DNA of 64,000 bases from Octopus sinensis (Eukaryota). The position numbers and the translations under genes are program-made. The stretch covers positions 75,020,001-75,084,000 of the forward strand of contig NC_043004.1 of NCBI RefSeq assembly GCF_006345805.1. Direction: 5' to 3'. Positions 10,564 to 21,782 of the stretch are shown here, piece by piece. Below the pieces are notes generated by a model that did no database searches, had not been told where the DNA came from, and saw only the letters and a program-made list of their open reading frames with translations. How positions within the stretch are numbered: the first letter of the stretch is position 1; each line of letters begins with the position of its first letter.

Positions 10564-13500
10564 CTAAGTCCAGTTTGCCGTGGCTGGCCACTGATCTAAG
10601 AGAGAGTTTGTAGCTGCTGCCCTTAGGTTACCTTCGTACCTTGCAGTGGGTTCATCTGGGATCCCGGAAAGCAGCTTGTCTAGATGTTTTTTGAAAATGT
10701 CCACATCCGCATCATGTAGATCTCTTAGTTTTCTTGGCAGTTTGTTGAACAGCTGAGGGCCCCTGAACCCCAGGCTATTACAGTATCTCCTCCTTACCCT
10801 GGATGTGGAAGACGGGACCTTTGGCACCACACAGTGACGACCTGTACGGGGATTGGAACAGCTCTCAATTCCAAAATTTGGTGCTAGTCCCTCCAGGATT
10901 TTCCATATGTATATCACTGCATATCTCTCTCGTCTTCGTTCCAAGGAGTACAAATTGAGTTCCCTAAGCCTCTCCCAATAGTTCTTTTCTTTCATGGTGG
11001 AAATCCTCTTGGTGAAATGTCTTTGGATTGTCTCAAGCTCTGTGGTTAGTTTGACACTATGCGGTGACCACAGTTGGAAGCAGTAGTCTAGGCGGCTTAG
11101 GACAAATGTCCTCCATAGTGTCAACATGGTCTCGCAGTCTCTTGTCCGGAATGTCCTCAGGATCCAGCCAGTGAGTCGTCTGCACATTGTCGCCACCTTC
11201 GCGATGTGTGAAGAAAAAGATGCATCGTCACTCATGTCTATCCCCAGGTCCCGTATTGATTTCGATACTGGGATTTCGATCCCTCCTGGACCAGTATAGT
11301 TGTGTTGTAATGTATATGTGTTTACAGCTTGATATTGTAAGGCTTGAAATTTACCAGCATTAAATTGCATGTTGTTGTCTTCAGCCCATTTGTATATGGC
11401 ATCCAGATCTTGTTGTAAAAGGTCAGCATCAGCTGGGTTTTTGATTGCCTGTGCTACCTTTGTGTCATCAGCATAGCTAGTGAGGGATGTTGTTTGTGCT
11501 ACCAAGGGCATGTCAGAGAGCGCCACCAAAAACAGCAAGGGTCCCAAGACTGTGCCCTGTGGCACCCCGCTTGCTATTGGTGTCTTTCCCGAGAGGGCTC
11601 CATTGGCTGCAACCATCTGGCTTCTGTCCTTCAGGAAGTCATGTATCCACTCACCTACTTTTCCTGTTATGCCGAGTCTGAGTAATTTGTGACATATCAC
11701 TCCGTGGTCGACTTTGTCAAAGGCCTTCGCAAAGTCGAGATATACCACATCCACCTGTGAGCGATCCAGTAGTTGTTTCAGTACCCAGTCGTAGTGTTGT
11801 AACAGCTGCGTAAGGCAGCTTCTTCCTGGGCGAAAGCCATGCTGTGTGTCAGTGAGACGGTTAGTTTCTTCGAGGAACGTGATCAGTTTTTTTCTGATGA
11901 TTCGTTCCATGACCTTACTTATGTGTGACGTCAGGGAGACTGGCCTGTAGTTTTTGGCCTCTGCTCTACTCCCTCCTTTGTGGATAGGGCATATGGTGCC
12001 TTCTTTTAGCGCCCTGGGCAGTTTACCGTTAGCCAAGGAACCACTGAAGAGCATCTTCAGTGGTCCCGCTAGGGCATGCCTGCATGTTTTTAGGAGGACT
12101 GCTGGGAATCCATCTGGTCCAGCAGCTGAGTTTATTCTCATTTCTTCTATGGCAGATATTACATCCCTCTCTGTTATGTCTATGTGGTCGATGGTTGTTG
12201 TTTGGTTTTGGAGTGTTGTGGCATCAAAGAAAACTTCTGGGTTTGTGATTTGCATGTGCCCCAGAGGGGATGTGAACACACTTTTATACTGTTCCTTTAG
12301 TATTTCACTTATCCCTTGGGGGTCCTCAGTTAGAGAGCCCTTTTTATCAAAGAGTGGGCCAATCTTGCAGTGTACCGAGGTGGTTTCTTTCGCAAATTTA
12401 AAGAAAGCTTTAGGGTTTGTTTTAATATTCTCTATGGCCCTGGCTTCTCTCTCTGCCCTCTCCTTCTCATAGGAAAGTTTGAGTGCAGTTTCCGTTTCAA
12501 AAAGTTTCAGGTGGAGTCCCTTATTGTTTCTCTGCCGTGCATTCAGTTGCTTCGAGAGCTTAGCTCTTCGCCTCATAAGTATTTTCCTGTCTCTGGGAAT
12601 AACGTTCCTATGCCCGCTGGCTTTTTTCTCCGGGACAAACTTATGGCATATGTTCTGTATTGTTGTCATGAAATGTTGGAAATGTGTGTTGGTCTCTTGT
12701 GTGGTGATGAAGTCACTCCAGTCATGTTTTCGGATCTCTTCGTTGATCTTCTTCCAGTTTGCCTTATGGAAGTTTAGACTGGATAGGCCTGTGGTATTTT
12801 CTAATGGCTGCGTCTCAACTAACTCTCTCATACCATATATCATTACCTCTACTAAGTTGTGATCTGAGAGAATTGTAGGTGTTACCATTATGTTGTGGAT
12901 GAGCATCGGGTTGCTTGTGAAACAGAGGTCCAAGACATTCTCACCTCTTGTTGGCCGAAGCACTGCTTGTTCCATGAAAAACTTGCGTGTGAGAGCCAAC
13001 AAGGACTCTGTCTGTCTCTGTTCAAGTGATGTCATTCCAGGGAGGAGATGGCCATCTGGCCATTTGACTTTCGGAAGGTTAAAATCTCCCAGCAGTAGAA
13101 TGGTGTTACCCTGGTCCAGTTTGTCCAGGACTTCTTCTATTCTTCTGAGGCTATCTTCAAACACTCCTTCATGACTAGGGGTGTCTGGTGGCCGATATGT
13201 GACACATATTACTATTTTCGGTTGTTTCATGTGTACTATCAGTGTGTCACAGACTGAGTTTGAGTGTGTCAACAGTACTATGGGTGTGACATCTTCACGG
13301 ACGTACAGGGCAACCCCACCATGAGTTCTTTCCTTCCTGTCTGACCGAAAAACAGTATACTTTGGTACGTGTATTTCTGCATCTGCTATACTGCTTGACA
13401 GGTGCGTTTCAGTCAGCGCTATGCATATTGCATGGTTGCTTGTGCTTAAGTCCCTAAGGTAAGGAATTTTACTCATATTAGTGGGTTTCACCAGACCTCT

Positions 13501-13587
13501 GACATTCAGCAGAAGCACTGGTGAGATATTTGGGGTGTCAATAAAGGCTGTCGGTGTGGCACCTGGGCTGGTGTCAGCGGTGGCCAC
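10564..13587 (-). CDS. LINE ORF2, APE endonuclease + reverse transcriptase (about 1000 aa, no stops)
   Basis: APE motifs NVRGL, LTETH, YRPP, GDFN, LDL and SDH; RT motifs through YADD. The frame is open from 13836 but has no ATG before the APE Asn. Confidence 0.95.
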   Translation of the reverse strand: MATADTSPGATPTAFIDTPNISPVLLLNVRGLVKPTNMSKIPYLRDLSTSNHAICIALTETHLSSSIADAEIHVPKYTVFRSDRKERTHGGVALYVREDVTPIVLLTHSNSVCDTLIVHMKQPKIVICVTYRPPDTPSHEGVFEDSLRRIEEVLDKLDQGNTILLLGDFNLPKVKWPDGHLLPGMTSLEQRQTESLLALTRKFFMEQAVLRPTRGENVLDLCFTSNPMLIHNIMVTPTILSDHNLVEVMIYGMRELVETQPLENTTGLSSLNFHKANWKKINEEIRKHDWSDFITTQETNTHFQHFMTTIQNICHKFVPEKKASGHRNVIPRDRKILMRRRAKLSKQLNARQRNNKGLHLKLFETETALKLSYEKERAEREARAIENIKTNPKAFFKFAKETTSVHCKIGPLFDKKGSLTEDPQGISEILKEQYKSVFTSPLGHMQITNPEVFFDATTLQNQTTTIDHIDITERDVISAIEEMRINSAAGPDGFPAVLLKTCRHALAGPLKMLFSGSLANGKLPRALKEGTICPIHKGGSRAEAKNYRPVSLTSHISKVMERIIRKKLITFLEETNRLTDTQHGFRPGRSCLTQLLQHYDWVLKQLLDRSQVDVVYLDFAKAFDKVDHGVICHKLLRLGITGKVGEWIHDFLKDRSQMVAANGALSGKTPIASGVPQGTVLGPLLFLVALSDMPLVAQTTSLTSYADDTKVAQAIKNPADADLLQQDLDAIYKWAEDNNMQFNAGKFQALQYQAVNTYTLQHNYTGPGGIEIPVSKSIRDLGIDMSDDASFSSHIAKVATMCRRLTGWILRTFRTRDCETMLTLWRTFVLSRLDYCFQLWSPHSVKLTTELETIQRHFTKRISTMKEKNYWERLRELNLYSLERRRERYAVIYIWKILEGLAPNFGIESCSNPRTGRHCVVPKVPSSTSRVRRRYCNSLGFRGPQLFNKLPRKLRDLHDADVDIFKKHLDKLLSGIPDEPTARYEGNLRAAATNSLLDQWPATANWT

Positions 13588-14459
13588 CCTGGGTCCCTTG
13601 ATTGTGGTGGTCTTGAGTGCTGTTGTGAGTGCCCCTGGCTCTGAAGACGATGTATCCAGGCCAGTTGTCCCACAATTTTCTCTGCTATTTCCACAAAATT
13701 TCTTTGTTCTGCTGCCGCCGTCTGCATTTCCTCTGCAAATGTGCGCCTTCTCCTTGTTGGGGCATTCCGCACTATGTCTGCATATTTCTGGGGCAGCTTG
13801 AATTTGTTCTGGTTTTGGTTTCGGTCTTGGTTTTGGTTAAGGCATTTTGGTCGAGTGGGTTTGATGCAATTTCCATAGGGCCTGGGATGAGCGAACCTGC
13901 ATCCTTCCCCTGTTTCTCCATGCCAGCAGGTTCCATTCCGGAAGAATTTGCATGTTATCTGGGTTTTCTTGTCCCCAGTTCCTCTCTGTTTTTTCTTCCT
14001 CCGTTGGACGGTTGTCCACTGGTTCCTTTCTGCATAGGTATTTTCATCCGGGTGGTTATTTTCCGTTTCCCCATCGCCGCCTATCTGTTGTTTGCCCTGC
14101 TTGCCTTCTTCGACTGTGGCTGTGGGTGTGTCATTTTTTGACACTCTGTGGTTGGTGTTTCCTGTTTCCATCTCTCTCTCTTTGTCTTTATCCACCTTGA
14201 GGACTTGGCTTAGCAAAGCCATGTGTGGTGCAATGAGAGTGTAGGCCCTTTCAACTTCTCTTTTCTTCCTCTCTACCTGCGCCAACGTCCTCATAAAGCC
14301 ATGGCTTTTCAGGGTCGCCACTATGTTTTTAGTTGGTTGCGATCTGTCGGCCGAGGTCCATCCTCTGATGAAAACTTCCAGCTCTACTTTCGTCCAGTTA
14401 CGCTGGCTTTTGTTGACGCCAGTGTTTGCATTTACCTCTAATTTTTGCATGTTGTCCAT
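13506..14459 (-). CDS. LINE ORF1 (317 aa): Myb/SANT-like trihelix domain + CCCH zinc finger
   Basis: ATG at 14459. RNWTKVELEVFIRGW...IVATLKSHGFMRTLAQVERK...Y at 14402-14241; C-x7-C-x8-C-x3-H at 13952-13887. Confidence 0.75.
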   Translation of the reverse strand: MDNMQKLEVNANTGVNKSQRNWTKVELEVFIRGWTSADRSQPTKNIVATLKSHGFMRTLAQVERKKREVERAYTLIAPHMALLSQVLKVDKDKEREMETGNTNHRVSKNDTPTATVEEGKQGKQQIGGDGETENNHPDENTYAERNQWTTVQRRKKKQRGTGDKKTQITCKFFRNGTCWHGETGEGCRFAHPRPYGNCIKPTRPKCLNQNQDRNQNQNKFKLPQKYADIVRNAPTRRRRTFAEEMQTAAAEQRNFVEIAEKIVGQLAWIHRLQSQGHSQQHSRPPQSRDPGWPPLTPAQVPHRQPLLTPQISHQCFC

Positions 14460-15146
14460 TCCGTTGTAGCGGGGAGAGAGAGAGAAGCTGTGAGGGAAAA
14501 AGGGAGAAGGGAGGAGAGATGAAGAGATTGTGAGGAAGGGAGGGTGAGAGAGAGGAAAAGAAGACTGTTTTGGGGAAAGAGAGAGAGGGTGAGAGAGAGG
14601 CAGGGAAGGAAAGCGAGAGAGGGCGAGAGAGATAGAGAAAGGGGGTCTGAAGGAAAGAAAAAGAGAGAGATTGGGAGGGAGGGAGTGAGTTCGTGAGGGA
14701 AAGAGAAAGGGATAGTGAAAAGGAAGGAGAAAGGGAGAGTGAGGAGAGAGAGGGGGGAGAGATAGTGTGATGGAAAGAGCGAGAGAGGGGGGGAGAAAGA
14801 GGTAGTGCAGGAAAGCGAGAGAAAAGATTACGAGGGAGAGATAGAGGGGCAGAGAGGCTGTGAAAGAAAGAGAGAGAAAGAGATTTTGAGAGAGGGAGAG
14901 AGTGTGAGAATGCAAGAGAAGGAATAGCTACAATATGTTACATATACACACATACTTACATATATAGATATAGATAAAAGTAAAAATATCCATTCATCAC
15001 AGATATGTACAACCTGTAAACATCGACACTTGTTGTCACGGAATTTACCGTTCTAAATATATAACACACGCGCACGATAGCGAAAGATAAGAAAACAGTT
15101 TTAAAGGTATATCTCGCAAGATCAATTTCTCCAATACACGCGATAC

Positions 15147-15181
<35 letters not shown>

Positions 15182-15290
15182 CATATATATATACATATAT
15201 ATATATATATACATATATATACATATATATATATATATATACATACATATATATATATATACATACATATATATATATATATACATACAT

Positions 15291-15321
<31 letters not shown>

Positions 15322-15342
15322 CTATATATATATACATACATA

Positions 15343-15449
<107 letters not shown>

Positions 15450-15604
15450 ATAATATATATATACATACATATATATATACATACATATTTTTTGTCTTTT
15501 TTTTCTGACCAGACCATCAGATGTTGCTACACATCGCTGGTCACAATGCGTTTGCATTGTTTTAGCCTTCGAATGACGCCACCCCGCTGGCTAAGCGAGC
15601 AGGC

Positions 15605-15635
<31 letters not shown>

Positions 15636-15928
15636 ATACATATATATATACATACATATATATATATACATACATATATATATATACATATATATACATA
15701 CATATATATATATACATACATATATATATATACATATAAACTTTCGCTCACAAAAACTTATTCACACGACCGCAAAAAAACATCTCGTCTCAATCTGGTC
15801 TTTCTGTCGTTTAATTCTCTAACCCATCTTTCCCACTTACACTCATAGAAAATTATGCACACGACCGCAAACCTTTCCATCTCAAATCTTGCCTTTCTTA
15901 CTGCCGCCTAAATCTCGTCTTCTCCCAG

Positions 15929-15974
15929 TGCGCAGTGCGCCCGCCCTCCCGCCCCCACCACCAGTACCGGAAGT
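15929..15974 (+). promoter_or_regulatory. Promoter-like motif cluster in the RTE 5'UTR
   Basis: TGCGCAGTGCGC (NRF1-like), CCCGCC twice (GC boxes) and ACCGGAAGT (ETS consensus) within 46 bp. Confidence 0.4.
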
Positions 15975-16125
15975 CCTTATCTCACCTTGCCTTCCTTTGC
16001 TTTTCTTCCATGAACACCTAAAGGCCTTAAACCAATACCACCCCTTCTATATATGGTGGTGACCATACGGCGCAAAAACATGTTAGTGCAGTGTAACAGG
16101 TTGAACTTAAGTTCATTGCTTGCTT

Positions 16126-19100
16126 ATGAATTCTGCCAAATGCGAGTTTTCTTCTTCTTTTCAGGTACATGACGGCACTGCTCCCCGTCCCTGGGCCTCT
16201 CGGGTCAATTCCTTCCACCCCCTCAGGGTGGGCACCCTCAACGCTGGCACACTGAAAGGTAGGTCTGGCGAGATAGTCGAGATGCTTGAACGGAGACGTG
16301 TTGACGTATGTTGTATGCAAGAAATAAGGTGGAGAGGAGGATCTGCTAGGTTCCTCACAGGCAAGGAACACAGGTACAAGATTTTCTGGGCAGGGAACAC
16401 TGACGGGGTTGGTGGCGTGGGTATACTTATCGCTGAGAAATGGATAGATAGAGTAATTGAGGTAATCAGAGTAAGTGACAGAATACTTAAGATTAGAATA
16501 GTGCTTCATCATAGATTAGCAACCATTATATCGGCCTATGCCCCTCAGCCAGGGCTACCCGATGGACAGAAAGACAGTTTCTATGACACCCTACTGCAGA
16601 CCACCTCATTGACGAACGACAGGGACCTTCTCTTTGTGGCTGGTGATTTCAATGGGCATGTTGGACGACATGCTGGGGGCTTCCATGGCGTGCATGGAGG
16701 CTACGGTTATGGTTCCCGCAACGAGGAGGGAACCAGGCTGCTGGAGTTCTGCGATGCGAATAGTCTTATGATCTGCAACACTAACTTCAGGAAACCAACA
16801 AGCCACCTGGTCACCTACCGATCGGGCCGGCATGCTAGCCAAATCGACTACATCCTCGCCAGAAAAAGGGAAAGATGGCTGCTTATAAATGCCAAAACCT
16901 TCCCGGGCGAAGAATGCACCCCACAACATAGACTGGTAGTTAGTGACTTTAGGATCAGGACTAAGAGGGCGACTAGAAGACGACCAACATGGAGAAGAAA
17001 GGTCTGGAAGCTTAAAGACCCTGCAATGGACAGAGATTTAGAGATATGTTACTTGAAGCCTTTGACGAAGTGGAAGGGGGTATAGCTACACATGGGGTAG
17101 AAGACAACTGGACGTTTCTGAGGGACAACCTGCTGAAAGCCGCTGACCAGATCTGTGGCTGGTGCAAAGTCCCCTTAAGACCCAAAATAACATGGTGGTG
17201 GAACAATATTGTTGATAGGGCTATTAGACAAAAGAAACAGGCTTGGAAGGCCTGGAAGAACGGTGGTAGCAGGGAAGTGTATCAGACTGCCAGAAGGGAA
17301 GCTAGGAGACAGGTCTATCTAGCCAGAGGGGAAGCAGATAAAAGAAAATTTGCCAATGTCCTGCGCCGTGAGGATAAAAGACTTGAGGTATTTCGTGTTG
17401 CAAGACAGTGTGTGAGAGAGAATCGAGATGTGGTAGGAGAGAAATGTGTTCGCATGGAGGATGGTTCACTTGCGTTAAATGAGGATGCAAAGAGAGAAGC
17501 TTGGAGACGCCACTATGAAAGGTTGCTGAATGAGGAAAATGAATGGGATAAAGAGAGTCTGCCGAATGTTGACCCAACAGAGGGACCAGCTATCCGAGTT
17601 GATAGTTCCGTGGTAGCTAAGGCAATTAGAAGCATGAAGACAGGGAAAGCCCCAGGCCCATCAGGAATTACTGCAGAGATGCTCAAAATATCTGGTAGTG
17701 TCGGCTATAGCATAGTCACCCGTATAGTTAACCAGGTGATACACGAAGGAGTCATACCCAATGACTGGTGTAGCAGCAAAATAGTCAACTGCTACAAAGG
17801 TAAAGGCGATGCCCTAGATACAAATAACTACAGGGGCATCAAGCTGTTGGATCAGGTAATGAAGGTTACGGAGAGGGTTATAGCCCAGTTAATTAGAGAG
17901 AGAGTTAGCTTAGATGATATGCAGTTTGGGTTCGTGCCAGGGAAAAGTACTACTGATGCTATATTCCTGGTAAGACAGCTGCAGGAGAAATACCTAGCCA
18001 AAGGTAAGCCCTTGTACCTGGCTTTTGTTGACTTAGAGAAAGCCTTTGACAGGGTCCCCCGATCCCTTATCTGGTGGTCAATGAGGAAACTAGGGATAGA
18101 TGAATGGTTAGTGAGAGCTGTGCGACCCATGTACAGAGACGCAGCTAGTAAGGTGAGGGTTGGCAACGAGTACAGTGAAGAATTCCGGGTAGAGGTTGGG
18201 GTCCACCAAGGTTCAGTCCTCAGCCCCCTCCTATTTATCATAGTCCTCCAGGCAATAACGGAAGAATTTAAGACAGGATGCCCCTGGGAGCTCCTATATG
18301 CTGATGACCTTGCTCTAATTGCTGAGTCACTATCAGAACTGGAGGAGAAGTTTCAGGTGTGGAAACAAGGATTAGAATCGAAGGCCTTAGAATCAACCTA
18401 GCCAAAACCAAAGTCCTAATAAGTAGAAAGGTGGACCAACCACAAACGACTTCAGGTAGATGGCCCTGCTCGATCTGTAAAAAAGGTGTAGGTAGAAACT
18501 CTATAAGGTGCACCAAGTGTAAGCTATGGACACATAAGAGGTGCAGCAATGTCAAAGGAAGGCTAACTAAGAAAATAGTTTTTGTCTGTGGCAGATGCTC
18601 AGGAGAAATAAACACTGGAATGTGCAGAGTCCAACTTCTACCACGTTCCAGGGAGACAAACTAGAAGTAGTTGATAGCTTCCGCTACCTAGGAGACCAAG
18701 TCAGTAGCGGGGGTGGGTGTGCTGAAAGTGTAACTGCTAGAGTAAGAATAGCCTGGGCAAAGTTTAGAGAGCTCTTACCCCTGCTGGTGACAAAAGGTCT
18801 CTCGCTAAGAGTAAAGGCAGACTTATGATGCGTGTGTACGTACAGCCATGCTACATGGTAGTGAAACATGGGCCGTGACAGCTGAGGATATGCGTAAGCT
18901 TGCAAGAAATGAAGCCAGTATGCTCCGATGGATGTGTAATGTCAGTGTTCATAACGTCAGAGTGTAAGTACTTTGAGAGAAAAGTTGAACCTAAGAAGTG
19001 TCAGTTGTGGTGTGCAAGAGAGACGGCTGCGCTGGTATGGTCATGTGACGAGAATGGCTGAAGATAGTTGTGTGCAAAAGTGCTACAACCTAGCAGTTGA

Positions 19101-19245
19101 GGGAACCTGTGGAAGAGGTAGACCCAGGAAAACCTGGGACGAGGTGGTGAAGCACGACCTTCGAACTTTAGGTCTCACCAAGGAAATGACTGAAGACCGA
19201 GTCCTATGGAAGTGTGCTGTGCATGAGAGGACCCGGCAGGACTAG
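16126..19245 (+). pseudogene. RTE APE-RT(PHD) ORF, about 1040 aa, broken by about six 1-nt deletions as assembled
   Basis: Frame changes near 17025, 18383, 18619, 18814, 18823 and 18953; the reconstructed frame has no in-frame stop. Confidence 0.8.
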
Positions 19246-21160
19246 TCAGGCCATATCCCGTGGCCCCTACCTGGGACGTAGTCGATCCACCTGTGCATAC
19301 CTTCCTTCTTGTGACACTTGTGAAGACCTGCTGAGGCAAGTGAAAATCAATCAAAATAGATGAACATCAATGGAATTTGTATCTTTGTGGTACCAGTGCC
19401 TGTGGCACACAAGAAAACCATCCGAACGTGGCCGTAGCCAGTACCGCATCGACTGGCCTCCGTGCTGTGGGAACATGGTGGCACATAAAAACACCATCCG
19501 AAGACCCGCAAGACTAGTCAGGTCATAACCCGTGGGCCCTACCTGGGACGTAGTCAGTCCACCTGTACATACCTTCCGACTTGTGAAGACCTGCTGAGGC
19601 AAGTGAAAATCAAATCAAATCAAAACAAATCAAAATAGATGAACATCAATGGAATTTGTATCCTTGTGGTACCAGTGCCAGTGGCACACAAGAATCCATC
19701 CGAACGTGGCCGTAGTCAGTACCGCTTGTGGTACCAGTGCCGGTGGCACACAAGAATCCATCCGAACGTGGCCGTAGTCAGTACCGCTTGTGGTACCAGT
19801 GCCGGTGGCACACAAGAATCCATCCGAACGTGGCCGTAGTCAGTACCCATCACTGGCCATCCGATCGTGGCCGTTCGCCAGCCTCATCTAGCACCTGTGT
19901 CGGTGGCACATAAAAACACCATCCGAAGACCCGGCAAGACTAGTCAGGCCATAACCCATGGCCCCTACCTGGGACGTAGTCAGTCCACCTGTGCATACCT
20001 TCCTTCTTGTGACACTTGTGAAGACCTGTTGAGGCAATGAAAATCAAATCAAAACAAATCAAAATAGATGAACATCAATGGAATCTGTATCTTTGTGGTA
20101 CCAGTGCCGGTGGCACACACTTTGTGGTACCAGTGCCGGTGGCACACATGAGAACCATCCGAACGTGGCCGTAGCCAGTTCCGCATCGACCGCCTCCGTG
20201 CTGTGGGCACGTAACAAACACCATCCGATCATGGCCGTTCGCCAGCCTCATCTGGCACCTGTGTCGGTGGCACATAAAACACCTTCCGAAGACCCGGCAA
20301 GACTAGTCAGTCCACCTGTGCATACCTTCCTTCCTTCTTGTGACACTTGTGAAGACCGGTTGAGGCAAGTGAAAATCAAATCAAATCAAATCAAAATAGA
20401 CAAAATAGATGAACATCAATGGAATTTGTATCTTGTGGTACCAGTGCCTGTGGCACACAAGAAATCCATCAGTGCCGTAGTCAGTGCGGTGGGCACATGA
20501 CAAACACCATCCGATCGTGGCCGTTCGCCAGCCTCATCTAGCACCTGTGTCGGTGGCACATAAAAACACCATCCGAAGACCCGGCAAGACTAGTCAGGCC
20601 ATAACCCATGGCCCCTACCTGGGACGTAGTCAGTCCACCTGTGCATACCTTCCTTCTTGTGACACTTGTGAAGACCTGTTGAGGCAAGTGAAAATCAAAT
20701 CAAATCAAAACAAATCAAAAGATGAAACATCAATGGAATTTGTATCTTTGTGGTACCAGTGCCGGTGGAACGTGGCACATAAGAAAACCATCCGAACGTG
20801 GCCGTAGCCAGTACCGCATCGACTGGCCTCCGTGCTGTGGGCACGTAACAAGCACCATCCGATCGTGGCCGTTTGCCAGCCTCATCTGGCACCTGTGTCG
20901 GTGGCACATAAAAACACCATCCGAGCGTGGCCGTCTGCCAGCCTCGTCTGGCACCTGTGTCGGTGGCACATAAAAACACCATCCGAGCGTGGCCGTCTGC
21001 CAGCCTCGTCTGGCACCTGTGTCGGTGGCACATAAAAACACCATCCGAGCGTGGCCGTCTGCCAGCCTCGTCTGGCACCTGTGTCGGTGGCACATAAAAA
21101 CATCATCCGAGCGTGGCCGTTTGTCAGCCTCGTCTGGCACCTGTGTCGGTGGCACATAAA
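19230..21160 (+). repeat. Higher-order tandem array of the RTE 3'UTR
   Basis: Five units start with GACTAGTCAG at 19240, 19512, 19938, 20301 and 20588; an internal 62-bp module repeats at 20886, 20948, 21010, 21072 and 21134. Confidence 0.92.
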
Positions 21161-21442
21161 ATCACCCACTACACTCTCGGAGTGGTTGGCGTTAGGAAGG
21201 GCATCAAGCTGTAGAAACACTGCCAGATCTGACTGGACTGGTGCAGCTTTCGGGCTCCCCAGACCCCAGTTGAACCGTCCAACCCATGCTAGCATGGAAA
21301 GCGGACGTTAAATGATGATGATGATGATGATGATGATGATGTAGGTCCCGGGTTGAGTCGGGGTTAACCACAGTAAATAAGGTACTCAATACATAGCATT
21401 TATATATATATATACATATATATATATATAATACATACATAT

Positions 21443-21514
<72 letters not shown>

Positions 21515-21549
21515 CATATATATCTATATATATATATATTATACATACA

Positions 21550-21585
<36 letters not shown>

Positions 21586-21717
21586 CATACATACATATAT
21601 ATATACATACATATATATATACATACATACATATATACATACATACATATATATATACATACATATATATATATACATACATATATATATACATACATAC
21701 CTACATACATACATACC

Positions 21718-21782
<65 letters not shown>

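Larger units (their letters stand above)
10488..15145 (-). mobile_element. CR1/L2-group LINE, apparently full length (copy C)
   Basis: CT-rich 5'UTR, ORF1, intact APE-RT ORF2, 3' hairpin and (AAAAGAGT)n tail; TA-rich microsatellites on both sides. The 5' boundary is approximate. Confidence 0.88.
15740..21340 (+). mobile_element. RTE-clade LINE, near full length, with tandemly expanded 3'UTR and (GAT)n tail
   Basis: 5'UTR, APE (GTLN, QEIRW, SAYAPQ, GDFN, SQIDY, PQH), RT (NYRGIKLL, FVDLEKAFD, GVHQGSVLSP, YADD, FRYLG), stop at 19245, then array and tail. Confidence 0.9.

Noticed and set aside
13500-13508. UGA-AUG stop-start coupling at the end of LINE ORF1
   Set aside because: The AUG is in the ORF1 frame and opens only a 5-codon ORF; it is not in the ORF2 frame.
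11480-13801. Plus-strand ORFs overlapping the LINEs (and minus-strand ORFs over the RTE)
   Set aside because: Antisense shadows of intact coding frames, with no recognisable motifs.
14460-14915. 152-aa N-terminal extension of the ORF1 prediction
   Set aside because: Translation of the CT-rich 5'UTR from a non-ATG start; first ATG is at 14459.
19230-21160. CRISPR-like look of the 62-bp, 29-bp and 18-bp arrays
   Set aside because: Units are contiguous with no unique spacers, there are no cas genes, the context is eukaryotic, and all derive from RTE sequence.
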